A DNA stretch of 64,000 nt, taken from contig NC_042999.1 of assembly GCF_006345805.1 (NCBI RefSeq), positions 95,108,001 to 95,172,000 on the forward strand. The letters are read 5' to 3'. Below the pieces are notes generated by a model. It had not been told where the DNA came from. It saw only the letters and a list, made by a program, of their open reading frames with translations, and made no database searches. Origin of the DNA: Octopus sinensis. Its lineage: Eukaryota. Shown here piece by piece: positions 27,337-38,520 of the stretch. The translations under genes and the position numbers were made by a program. How positions within the stretch are numbered: position 1 is the first letter of the stretch; each line of letters starts with the position of its first letter.

Positions 27337-27725
27337 GTACTGTCATAGTAATCATTTGCCCCTCTGATGTGAATATTTCTTTAGAAGTCAAAGAGAAAGA
27401 GGGTAACTATGGACAACTATGTCGAAACCTCCAGCTTCTATATCCAGATTATCTATTAATTCACATGTATACCAATAATAATTGGTGCACTTGGTTTAGT
27501 GAGTAAATGCCCATATGACAATCTGGGTAAGCAAGGGTTTTCAGAAAAAGAAATCAACCAAATAACTTGCACATTACAAATACAATCTGTAAGTGGAACA
27601 ATAAAAATATGCAAGCCTTTGCTCATTTAAATGTGACATTGGTTTTGTCATGTACATCCCAAGGATGAAGCTTTGTATCTTTGTTAGGAACCAGTTCCTT
27701 CCTCAGAATTAGAATTTTAATAATC
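27336..27725 (+). mobile_element. 5'-truncated RLE-type (R4/Dong-like) non-LTR retrotransposon 3' end
   Basis: CTVIVIICPSDVNISLEVKEKEGNYGQLCRNLQLLYPDY, a frameshift, then IPIIIGALGLVSKCPYDNLGKQGFSEKEINQITCTLQIQSVSGTIKICK. Fits the restriction-like endonuclease C-terminus pattern (D...EK..KY..L...IP(I/V)(I/V)IGALG). Confidence 0.75.
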
Positions 27726-27978
27726 AAAAATAGAAGAGGACATACATACAACATACCACAAGGATATACCCTGGCACTTACCACCATCTTTCTCTCTCTT
27801 CTTTTACTCAACCAACCTATTTATATTCTGATGCCCGTCCCTTGTGAGTATGCCCAACACTTTGCTACCATCTCTCTTCTGCTCTTTTGCACTCTTGCTG
27901 TCTCCCACTGCTCATCCCTTGGGCTAGGTAACCTTGCATCTCCTTTACAGCAGCACAGCTGTTTCTGTTCTCATTTCT

Positions 27979-28047
<69 letters not shown>

Positions 28048-28049
<2 letters not shown>

Positions 28050-28465
28050 CTGGGTAACCATGTACCTCCTCTACTGCAAGACACCTATTTCTGTCTCACT
28101 CTAACCTTTCATCCTCTGACACAAGTTTCCCTCCTCAAATGCTCCTGCCCCTCTCAAAATTCCTTCTCTTGCAAGTTACTTGGTGACCCTGCCAGTGCTG
28201 ATGTCATGTAAAAAGCATCCAGTCCACAGTGTAAAGTGGTTGACATTTGGAAAGGCACTCAGTAATAGAAACCTTAACAAAACTGACCTTACTTGTGTTT
28301 GTACCACGTAAAAATCACTCAGTCCACTCTGCTGGGTGTTTGGTGTTAAGAAGGGCATCCAGTTGTAAAAACCCTGCCAAAACAGACACAGAAGTCTCCT
28401 GCCTGGCCAGCTCCTGTCAAACTGTCCAACCCTTGCCAGCATGGAAGGATGATGATGATATATAT
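28048..28465 (+). mobile_element. RTE LINE 3' UTR fragment following a (CT)n tract at 27980-28047
   Basis: aagggcatccagttgtaaaaacc...tccaacccttgccagcatggaaggatgatgatgat. Confidence 0.82.
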
Positions 28466-28929
28466 ATGAAGTCAAAGCCATAGATGATTTTGTTTTCATC
28501 CAAATGGTGTTGGAAGGATACTAATAATATGTAGGTGTTATTTTGGCCCATTTAATCCTTTGCTGCCAGCTTTTATTTCCTGTGCTGCTCCTACTGTGCC
28601 AGTTTCTTTTTTAAAAAAGGCCACAATTGCACAATGAAAATGCTTTTAATTCAATTGAATATAAAGAATGGACTAAGCAGAGCACACACGTGGATGGAAG
28701 GTGTTGCTGAAGAGGTCACAGTTGTGTGATGAAAGATTTCCAGACAATGGACATAAGTTAAAATAAGAACAGTAATAAACAACTGAAGAACAAATATATA
28801 GTGCATGTGTTTATTTGGAAAAAAAAATGACCGTCCCAAAATGCAATAAATATACATTAATACAATGTAAAGCCTATTAAAATTACTATATACAAAGATA
28901 AGTTTTTAAAATAATGATATAATTAGGTA

Positions 28930-30560
28930 TGAAATATTTTAAAACATTGATCAACTTATTATCTAACCTGACACTAAACATTCATTCCTTTCTTTCCACT
29001 TATCATCCTTCAAACACATCTTGCACCTTTTAGCTAGGGCTTGTTTTGTTTTTTATAGAGATTGGAGGGGTTGATGATAGGATATGCCTCTCTGTCAGAT
29101 GTAGGGGGAAACTTCCACGGTTGAACAACCACCTAAGGCATAGAGATTTTCTTCAGTCATTTTTCAAATCATTTTAAAGTGAAAATTAAGAAAGAGTGTA
29201 TTGGTGCCAATCTTCTTATGTGTAACAGAAGCATAGTAGTGTGATATCAAGTATGTGGGGAAAAAAAAACTTTTCTTATACCACTTAATATTTTGTTTTC
29301 TTTATTCTTGGATATGAATGAATGACATTCACACATAAATCAACTCCACCCATATATTTATTAAAATCTACAATGCATTTAAGTTTTCTAATGTATTTCC
29401 TTGTGAACCTAGCTACTCTTACCACTTTATAAAACTTTTGTTGTGTATCCTACTTAGCATGATCGCATCCCTTTTTGATTTTAAAATAATACACTGTGAT
29501 GCTATCTTTCTAAACAACCAGCATTTCCCCATGGCATAACTTTGGGAAAGCATCACTTGGCATCCCATTTGTGTTTTACTTACAATGCTATATACATTGG
29601 TTTGCTTTTCTTATATGATTTGACCAGAGTAGGGCTACCAAAAAATCTGTTCAGGAATAATTTCGAACTTTTTCATAATAATGGTAAAATCAAAGAAAGA
29701 AAAAACTTTCTCATCTGGTCACCATCATTCACTGAATTCAGTAGTGAATCCAGTGTATAGAACAGAATTATACACTCATGCAGTTTATATATTTTGATGC
29801 TAAACGTTTCGTTTCATTGGAATGTATTGTTGAAATCTAAGCTGGCCCTCCCACAACATCATCAATTTATCTATGTAGATCTGCTTGCTGGATATATGTA
29901 TACACATTTTTTAAGTGTATTTCTAAAGTGGTTCACAACTTATACATCTTATGAAGCTTGTGCTTGTCCATATCTTGGACAATAAAGGATGACAATGATT
30001 CAATATGCATTACTTGTAGTAGGGGCTTAGTACCATTTTATCCCTATTGAAATACAAGATTTTGTGCTTTTAGTCCAAGTAACACATAAATCTTTTTCAT
30101 ATTTGTTGGCTTCCAATTTTTGGCTCTTGAATATTTTTTCAGATCATTAGTCTCTAGCACAGACTCTACAATATTTGTTTGAGTCATTCACAAAGTTCTG
30201 AATTTGATCTTGCATAAGGAATTTTTAGAAACATTCATATTGTGTTGCATTTGCATTTAACTCCCCATCTTCAACACCTACATTTGCTGTGAAGTCACTC
30301 ACATATGAAAAGCTACAAGTCTTCTTATTCCAATCACTATTCCTAATTCCTCCCACCCCAACTATTGTTTGCGTGCAGGAAAATAGTGGTGCTTTCTTCA
30401 CATGCTTGTTGACAGTTGATTAGTTGATTTTCATCCCTTTCTGACATATTTTCTCCTATATAACCCCAAAAAGATATTTTTATTCCTCACTGTCATCTTC
30501 ATCTTCAGATTCTTTGGGAAAAATTAGCTCTAATGCTTCATTGCTTCTCAGTTTCTTATA
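28930..30560 (-). mobile_element. piggyBac (PGBD4-like) transposase fossil
   Basis: Minus-strand fragments in order: EALELIFPKESEDEDDSE; SRAKNWKPTNMKKIYVLLGL; LMMLWEGQLRFQQYIPMKR; KCIVDFNKYMGGVDLC; C-terminal CKMCLKDDKWKERNEC. Possible TTAA ends at about 28551 and 30874 are uncertain. Confidence 0.88.
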
Positions 30561-31809
30561 TTATGTCATATCAGTCTAAATGTACAGATGCAATTTAAAA
30601 TCCAAATATATAAGATATATTTATAGCAAATGTTGCATATTGCATATGTGAATAAGCTCAATAATTCAAGCAGTCATTCTCCACACTTCACTCGATCATG
30701 AATATGTGCTAATTTGCATTTGTTTGTTATAAAAAGATGCTGATATTTGAGAAGCAATATGGTACTATTCAAAGTGAGATATTACAGCCATAAGTGTTTC
30801 AGTAAAGGCAAGTGAGAGTGAAATACCTTGACCATAACATAAAAAAAAGTTGAACCCTTCCTCATACAGAGGTTAACTTCATACCAAAGAATCCAAGATT
30901 AAGTATGTATCAAGGTGAATATTACCCAATAAGTGGTATATTTTCTTTGTGAACTGATTCTGTAACTTTGTTGCAGTTACTGGTTGTGATACTTTAACTT
31001 TAACTTTCTCATATAAATCTGTAGACTTCGATTTGTATAAGAAATTAATATTACTTTCTTCTCACGAAGCACAAAGGCAATTTTTATAGAGAATGAATAC
31101 AGTTGATTGATTTGATCCCAGTATATTATTGATACATATTTTATTGATTCTGTCAGAATGTAAAGCAAAGGGAAACCTGGCAGGATATGAAGTTAGAATA
31201 TCAAGTAATGAGATCAAAATACTGTAAGGCTCTCTTCAATTTCTGATAATTCATCATACTCACAGTAAATATTTATTGATTTCTTTAGTTGAGGCTTGAG
31301 GATCCAATAATTTAAGGAGGTTGTAGCAAGGACAGTGATCTGTAGTATTCATACTACATTCAAGGGTATTAATGGCATGCTTAAAGAGAATTGTTATCAA
31401 CCAGAAATTGAAATCATATTATAGTCTTTGTCTGCCAGAATTCTTCCATTACAGTGAACATTGCCTTAAGAATTCGACTTATAACACAAGTAATAATATA
31501 ACAGTTACAGTATAACTACAGTAACAATATTCATTCCTTCATTCATTCATTTTTATATCTTCTTTTCTATACTAGCATGGGTTAGACAAATATGTTATTG
31601 AGACATTGTTCTGCAGCCAGATGCTCTCACTGACATTAACCATTACCTGTTTTGCAAGTGAAGTATCTCTTATTTCACATGGTTTTAAAGGCCCAAAGAA
31701 AGCAGACAAGTTATTAACAGAAGGTCCAACAATCCTACTTGAAAATTGTGAAAATCTCTTCACATGAAATCATTGCTTGCCTTGTTAACTTACAAATAAA
31801 CAAATTAAA

Positions 31810-31860
<51 letters not shown>

Positions 31861-32063
31861 TATATATATATTGTGTGTGTGTGTACATGCATGATTCATC
31901 ATCATCATTTAACATTCACTTTTCCATGCTTAAATAAATTAGATTGAATTTAGATGAGGCATATTTTCTATCACCAAGTACTTTTCCTGTCACCAACCAT
32001 CACCAAGCAACGTAATATTAGCCCATGGTTAGACATGTTTTTCATTGAAACCTCAAAAGACTG

Positions 32064-32342
32064 ATGGTAGACAGACAATTCATCGACAGACAGTTGGCCA
32101 ACAGACAATTGGATGACAGACAACTTACAGACCGGACAATTGTTTGGTATGGTGCAGAGTCCTATTGTCAGACATAGGGTGTTCCAGCAGCCCCCCTCTT
32201 GACCCAGGGCAGCACAACCTTCTTCAGGCACTTGATGCAGGCTTCCGTGTTGAGTCTGAGGTTGTATGGGAATTGTCTACCAGCAAATTGTCTGTCAGTG
32301 AATTGTCTGATGGCAAATTGCCTGTCAACAAATTGTCTGCAC
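32064..32342. mobile_element. Composite element: inverted arrays of 15-bp repeats enclosing a 125-bp DD37D transposase fragment
   Basis: (acagacaattnnnnn) x5 at 32068-32142 and (aattgtctgnnnnnn) x5 at 32270-32342. The middle, read on the minus strand, gives LRLNTEACIKCLKKVVLPWVKRGAAGTPYV*Q*DSAPYQT, homologous to 59200-59330. Confidence 0.75.
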
Positions 32343-34258
32343 AAAAAATTATGCTTATTTACAACCATCACGTTATATAAAGACAGGGATATATACAAAC
32401 ACACACATACACACACATATACAGCAGGTTTCTTTCAGTTTCTGTCAACCAAATCTACTGATTGAAAATGTAAACTATTTTTAAACCTTAGTCGCTGGAA
32501 GAGTACTAGTACTACTGACTTCTGAGAGTGGTTGATGAAAGCAAAGAGTAAATCATGTCTCATGAGTTGCTTCTGACTTCTACTTTAATCCCTGAAGCAG
32601 CCCAGTTGGAAGTAAGTATATTTGAGTAAGTCAACCAGGAAAAAAATGCAACTTCTTGAGGTATCATTCACCAAAGAGTTAAACACCTGTCATGTCAAGC
32701 AACAGTGCTCTGATGAAGACCCACTTCACCTTGTAATAATCATTTCATGACAAATGCAGTAATAGGTAAGTAGTGAAATAATGCAAGAAGGGAAATAAAA
32801 ATCAGTCATAGCTTGTTACTGTTGTATTATAATAGAGCAGGTAAAGAATGCAACCTAACATATATAAAATCTAAACTGATCATCTTCAAACTTCAACTAA
32901 GAATTTTCCAAGAGCAACCTAGAAGAATTGGCGCACATTAATATTCTTTAATACAACACTTCTCATTTTAGTTTACCTTTTTAATAATCCTGTTAATTTA
33001 ATTTTTTTCTGGCTTAGTTTGGAATGGTAACATTAAGGCTTTTTTATTTCTTCGGCATGTTATAGACATGATCTGTAAAGATGCTACATTTTTAATGCCT
33101 GCCTTTCTTTGTTGGTTACTGTGATGACTACATTTCCCAGCTTAAACTCAACTGACTGAGTTTTTTCCAGTCAAGATCTACTCTTGTGTAATTTGCAATG
33201 CTTTCAGTCATTCTTGAAATGTTAGAGATAATATATTCAAACTATTCATTTATGTTTAGGAAAAAGTAGAAAAGACCTAGGTAGTTTCCTACAAGTATTC
33301 AATTTTCAGTTGATAACGTACCATTGATAGCAGCTCTAACTCCTCTGTTGAACAGGAAGATCTTTATTCATTTCAGAATAATTGATGTCATTGAATACTT
33401 TTTAGAAATCTTGGAATATGCTGTCAACTCACTCTTTTTCTCTTTTTGGTTCAGTATGTACCAGTGTATTTGAGAAGGGTGTGTTAGTATCAAGGACAGT
33501 TTCCTGAGATTCTCCTAGTTCCTTTTGTATAATTTTCCTTCATTGAAAAATTGAAAAAATGCAACTCAGTTCCAGTCTATTGAAAGCAGCAGTTAACTAA
33601 ACTGTCAATTCTTTAAGGAATTCAGCAGAGATGTTCGCAGTTGTTTTTAGTAGATTTTCTAAATTCCTTTTTGGATGAATATAATATCTAATACCGGAGA
33701 GGAGGAGAAATTCTCTATTGTGTTAAAATCAGATTTCTTCCATCATTTTTAACTAATACAGTCATTTAGAATATTATGATCCCTTCATCGTTATTCTCAA
33801 GAGTGCCATGTCTGTTACACAATACTTCATTCTTGTGTTGGGGGTAGGGGGTGGAGAAGATACGTTCAAATATTTATATGTATGTGTACTGATGAGTCAA
33901 AAGATGAAGCGTAAAATCACATATGCACAGTTTCAGTTTCTATCAACTTTATATTACTCTGCAATTCATATTTATTTTCTTTGTTTTTTATTATCATTAA
34001 TTTGCTCAAATATATATCTTCATCATTTAACACCAATGTTCCCATACTTGCATAGGTTTGGCTTGTGTGTGTGAGTGTGTGTATGTATGTACATGTGTGT
34101 ACATGTATGTATATATAACTTTCCCCTTCATCATATATGCTGTTGTATTTGGTTAAAATGGCTTATTGATGAATTTTGTCTACAGATTTATATGAGAAAG
34201 TTTAAGTTAAAGTATCACAACCAGTAACTGCAACAAAGTTATAGAATCAGCTCACATA

Positions 34259-34692
34259 GGCGCAGGAGTGGCTGTGTGGTAAGTAGCTTACTTACCAACC
34301 ACATGGTTCCGGGTTCAGTATCACTGTGTGGCACCTTGGGCAAGTGTCTTCTACTATAGCCTCGGGCCGACCAAAGCCTTGTGAGTGGATTTGGTAGACA
34401 GAGACTGAAAGAAGCCTGTATATATATATATACAGGCTTATATATATATAAGATCCTGACATCAAGATACAGGACCAGATACACCATCAGCTTGGGTTTC
34501 AAAGGCTTACAGCTTTTCAACCTCCTTCAAAAAAAAACTTGAGAGAACTACATAGGATAGATGTTGGTGTCTTCAAAACAAAAGTGAATCTCCTGCCAAG
34601 AGTTTCATATGTACTTTGGTGGCAGGAATCACAAATGAGAGCAACAAGATCAAAAACCCTAATTCATCAAACACCACATATCAGAGGATATA

Positions 34693-34750
<58 letters not shown>

Positions 34751-35017
34751 ATATATATATGGGTGTGTGTTTGTGTGTCTGTGTTTGTCCCCCCAACATC
34801 ACTTGACAACCGGTGTGTTTACGTCCCCGTAACTTAAGTTGTAGTGCACCTGAGCACTGTACACAATTATTATTATTATTATTATTATTTAACGGTTTGG
34901 CAAAAGACGCCGATAGAATAAGTACTAGGCTTACAAAGAATAAGTCCTGGGGTCGATTTGCTCGACTAAAGGTGGTGCTCCAGCATGGCCGCAGTCAAAT
35001 GACTGAAACAAGTAAAA
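34259..35017 (+). mobile_element. Full-length SINE family B copy carrying two nested insertions
   Basis: Head ggcgcaggagtggctgtgtggtaag, ggcaccttgggcaagtgtctt, internal (TA)n/(TG)n, tail ggtgctccagcatggccgcagtcaaatgactgaaacaagtaaaagagtaaaga. Confidence 0.92.
34450..34688 (+). repeat. 239-bp direct duplicate of 37493-37731 (4 substitutions) inside the (TA)n of a SINE
   Basis: Base-by-base comparison; flanked by (TA)n on both sides. Confidence 0.95.
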
Positions 35018-35517
35018 GAGTAAAGAAAATATACCACTTATTGGGCAATATTCACCTTGATACATACTTAATCTTGGATTCTTTGGCATGAAGTTAATAC
35101 ACCCTCAGCCACCCTCGCTAACTAAGCAGATAATACAAAACTTTTTTTCCTAGATGGGATGATTGCATTGTCTTACATCCTTTTTATCCAACCCCCACCT
35201 TCCCGGAATAATCTCAATGCTTTCTTAGAAACACATGTTGGAAATATAAATGATTTGAATAACACCTGTGTTTGACTCCATTTCTTGATTTATCCATGTT
35301 ATACAAAAACATTTCATTTAACCTTAGAATTTCTACCTTTGTAAGTAAACTCCAGGCACTTACATGAATTTTTGCTCCCCTGGTAACTATTTATTTATTT
35401 TTTCCTTATTTGCACACATTGAAAAAATACATACACACACACACACACACATTTATATTTATATATATATATATACACATTTATATGTGTACACACTTAT
35501 ATGTATGTATATATATA

Positions 35518-36595
35518 TCAGGTCATCCCATAAGTTCTGTCTGAATTTTGAATAAAGAAAGCAAGTGATCAAATGTTATATTTAATTGAAATTTAATCAT
35601 CAATATACTTTCCCTGATTATCTATGACTTCCTTCCATCTATTTACAAGCTTTTTAATCCCATCAATGTAAAACTCATTTGGTTTCAAAGCAAAGAACTC
35701 TGAAATGTCAGTTTCAACTTCCTCCTGGCTTGCAAAAGTTATGTCCCCTAAATGATTCTGTAAACTATGAAACAAATGGTAGTCTGAAAAAGCAAGGTCG
35801 GGAGAATAAGGCAGATGAGAAATTTTTTCCCAACCAAGCTCTTCGATTTTCTGTGATGTGATCTTTGAAGTGTGGGGTCACGCATTGTCCTGATGAAACA
35901 TCACTCCTTTTCGATTCACTAAAGTGAGTCTTGTTTTCTTCAAAGCTTGATTCAAACGCTCTAATTGCTGACAGTAGACTTGAGTCTATCCAAAAAGGGT
36001 GAAATGCATTCACGAGAATGGAGAGAAGAGCAGATGTCAACTTGGGATTTGTGGTTACTTTCAGACAATTCATGAGGCACCCATTTTACCAAGTTTAGGA
36101 ACCTTTCCAAGTTGTTGAAGATGACTATGAACAGTTGCATAGTTTGAACTAAGCTTTACTGCCTAATGCAGGGTTTTCTTCAAGTACTGCCTCAAGGAGC
36201 TTATCATCAAACTCAACTGGATATCCTGTTTGATCTTCATCTTCAAGGCTGAAATCTCCACTTCCGAATTTTGCAAACCATCCTCTGCAAGTTCTTTCAA
36301 TAAGCATTCTTTCCCATAAACTGAGTATATGTTTCGAGTTGCTTTGGCTGCAGAGTTTCCTTTTTTGTACTCTTAAAGCATTATTTGCTTCAAATTCTCT
36401 TTGGATACTTCCATGTTTGAAAGGGTTTTAATCAAAGAAATTTGAATTCAATTATTCTGAAAAATAATTAATTAGTTTAAATGTATGCAAATACATAAAA
36501 ATAATTTTTAATTCCATTAGACATTCTAAAATACTATTAAATTTCATTCAATTTTAAAAAAGGTAAAATTGGGCAGAACTTATGAGATGACCTGA
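35518..36595 (-). mobile_element. Mariner (DD34D-type) element, internally deleted, TIRs and TA TSD intact
   Basis: TIR tcaggtcatcccataagttctgtc vs reverse complement of gggcagaacttatgagatgacctga, TA on both sides. Protein pieces MEVSKENLKQIML, WFAKFGSGDFSLEDED, WVPHELS, VMFHQDNA, PYSPDLAFSDYHLFHSLQNHL...NRWKEVIDNQGKYIDD. The first catalytic-D region is deleted. Confidence 0.95.
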
Positions 36596-36596
36596 T

Positions 36597-36647
<51 letters not shown>

Positions 36648-37039
36648 GCATGCACACACAGCCCCACCAAGCAGCACCTTAGTGCCTTGAGCTGACTAAT
36701 GCCTAATGCAAGAATTTGGTTGAGGGTAACTGTACAGAAACTTGTGGCAAGTGAATATGCATGTGTGTGTGTGTATGTGTGCTTGTCCCTCATGATTTGA
36801 CAACTAATTTTCGCTTATTTACATCCACTTAACATAATATTCTGGAAAAAAGAAAGACCAATAGAAAGATTATCAACCTTAGAAATACATACACACATAT
36901 GCATGACAACTTATGTTGGTGTGTTTACGTCCCTGTAACTTAATGGTTTGGCAAAAGAGACCAATGGAATAAGTACTAGGCTTACAAAGAATAAGTCCTG
37001 GGGTTGATTTCTTTGACTAGAATGTGGTGCTCCAGCATG

Positions 37040-37765
37040 AAGTTGAATGAAATGAGGACAGGATACACTCACCCTGAAAGGATTGTAATTCTTGAATCAA
37101 AATTAGTGTATGACTTGGCATTGACATGGATAATAATGCATCTTTCTTGGTACATATTACCAAGCTGGCAATAAAATACAAATGGTTGGCTGGATGAATC
37201 CTTAGAATTTTCTGAACAAGAGAATAGGAAACCATGATAGTCATCTAGGGGACATTTATCCCCAGCTGTTTAGACTACTACTCCCAACTATGGTCACTAC
37301 ACAATGTAAAATTTATTGCAGAGCTTGAAGCAACTCAGCAAAGCAACACAAAAATGATCATCACAATGCTACATGTCAGCTACTGGCAGAGGCTGGAAAA
37401 GTTACGACTAAACTCCCTGGAATGAAGATGGAAAAATTATGCAGTGATATACAACTGGAAAACCTAGAATGGGGTGTTACTGCGTAGTGCCAAAGATCCT
37501 GACATCAAGATACAGGACCAGATACACCAACAGCTTGGGTTTCAAAGGCTTACAGCTTTTCAACCTCCTTCAAAAGAAAACTTGAGAGAACTACATAGGA
37601 TAGATGTTGGTGTCTTCAAAACAAAAGTGAATCTCCTGCCAAAAGTTCCATATGTACTTTGGTGGCAGGAATCACAAATGAGAGCAACAAGATCAAAAAC
37701 CCTAATTCATCAAACACCACATATCAGAGGAGGTTTTCAAGTAATAGAAGCATAGAAAAACTCAC
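37040..37765 (+). mobile_element. CR1/L2-group LINE 3' fragment (post-RT region plus 3' UTR)
   Basis: LDYYSQLWSLHNVKFIAELEATQ...SYWQRLEKLRLNSLE*RWKNYAVIYNWK; LRELHRIDVGVFKTK; QMRATRSKTLIHQ. Confidence 0.8.
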
Positions 37766-38189
37766 AGTAATGCCCTAGCATGGCCACAGCTCTCAAACTG
37801 GAACTAGTAAAAGAGTAAATGATTACATATTTTTATACATATACACACACACATGCGCATGTTCACGCATATGTATAGATAGACAGACAGACTGACAGAT
37901 ATACAGATATACATATAAGCAGATATATATTTATTCTTACATGCTTGCTCATACATACATATGTACATGCCTATGTATACATGTGTATGTGCACCTATGC
38001 AATCAGCTGGGAAAGATTTAGATCATAGCAGTTATATCACTTATGAAAAACTCATTGAAGATTTCTATTTAAGCTGTCAGTAGAGAGAATAATTTCATAA
38101 ACTTACTTTTATTTTTTGTTTCATAAGATTAATATTCTTTTTCTTTATGAATATTTGAATAAATAATAACTGATGATGATGTTGGTGTG

Positions 38190-38520
38190 ATGAGCAATAA
38201 ATATAACCATTTAGTGTTAACTGGTTGTGGTGAAGGTGGTGAAGGTGGTGGAGATGATGGTGGCAGCAGTGGCAATGGTGGCAGTGGCAAAGATGGCAGC
38301 AGAGGAAGCAGTGGTAGAAGTGGTAGTGGTGGCAGTGGCAGGTGCAATGGTAGATGTGGTAGTGGTGGCAGTGGCAGGTGCAATGGCAGCAGTGGTAGAT
38401 GTGGTAGTGGTGGCAGTGGCAGGTGCAATGGCAGCAGTGGTAATGGCAACAGTGGTGGCTGTGGTGACAGAAGTGGCAGCAGCAGTACTGGCAATGGCAA
38501 TGATGATGGTTTAGCTGCAA
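38190..38520. repeat. Trinucleotide-derived minisatellite (36/45-bp unit gtggtagtggtggcagtggcaggtgcaatg)
   Basis: Three near-perfect units at about 38320-38440 inside a (GTG/GCA) cryptic tract. Confidence 0.9.
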
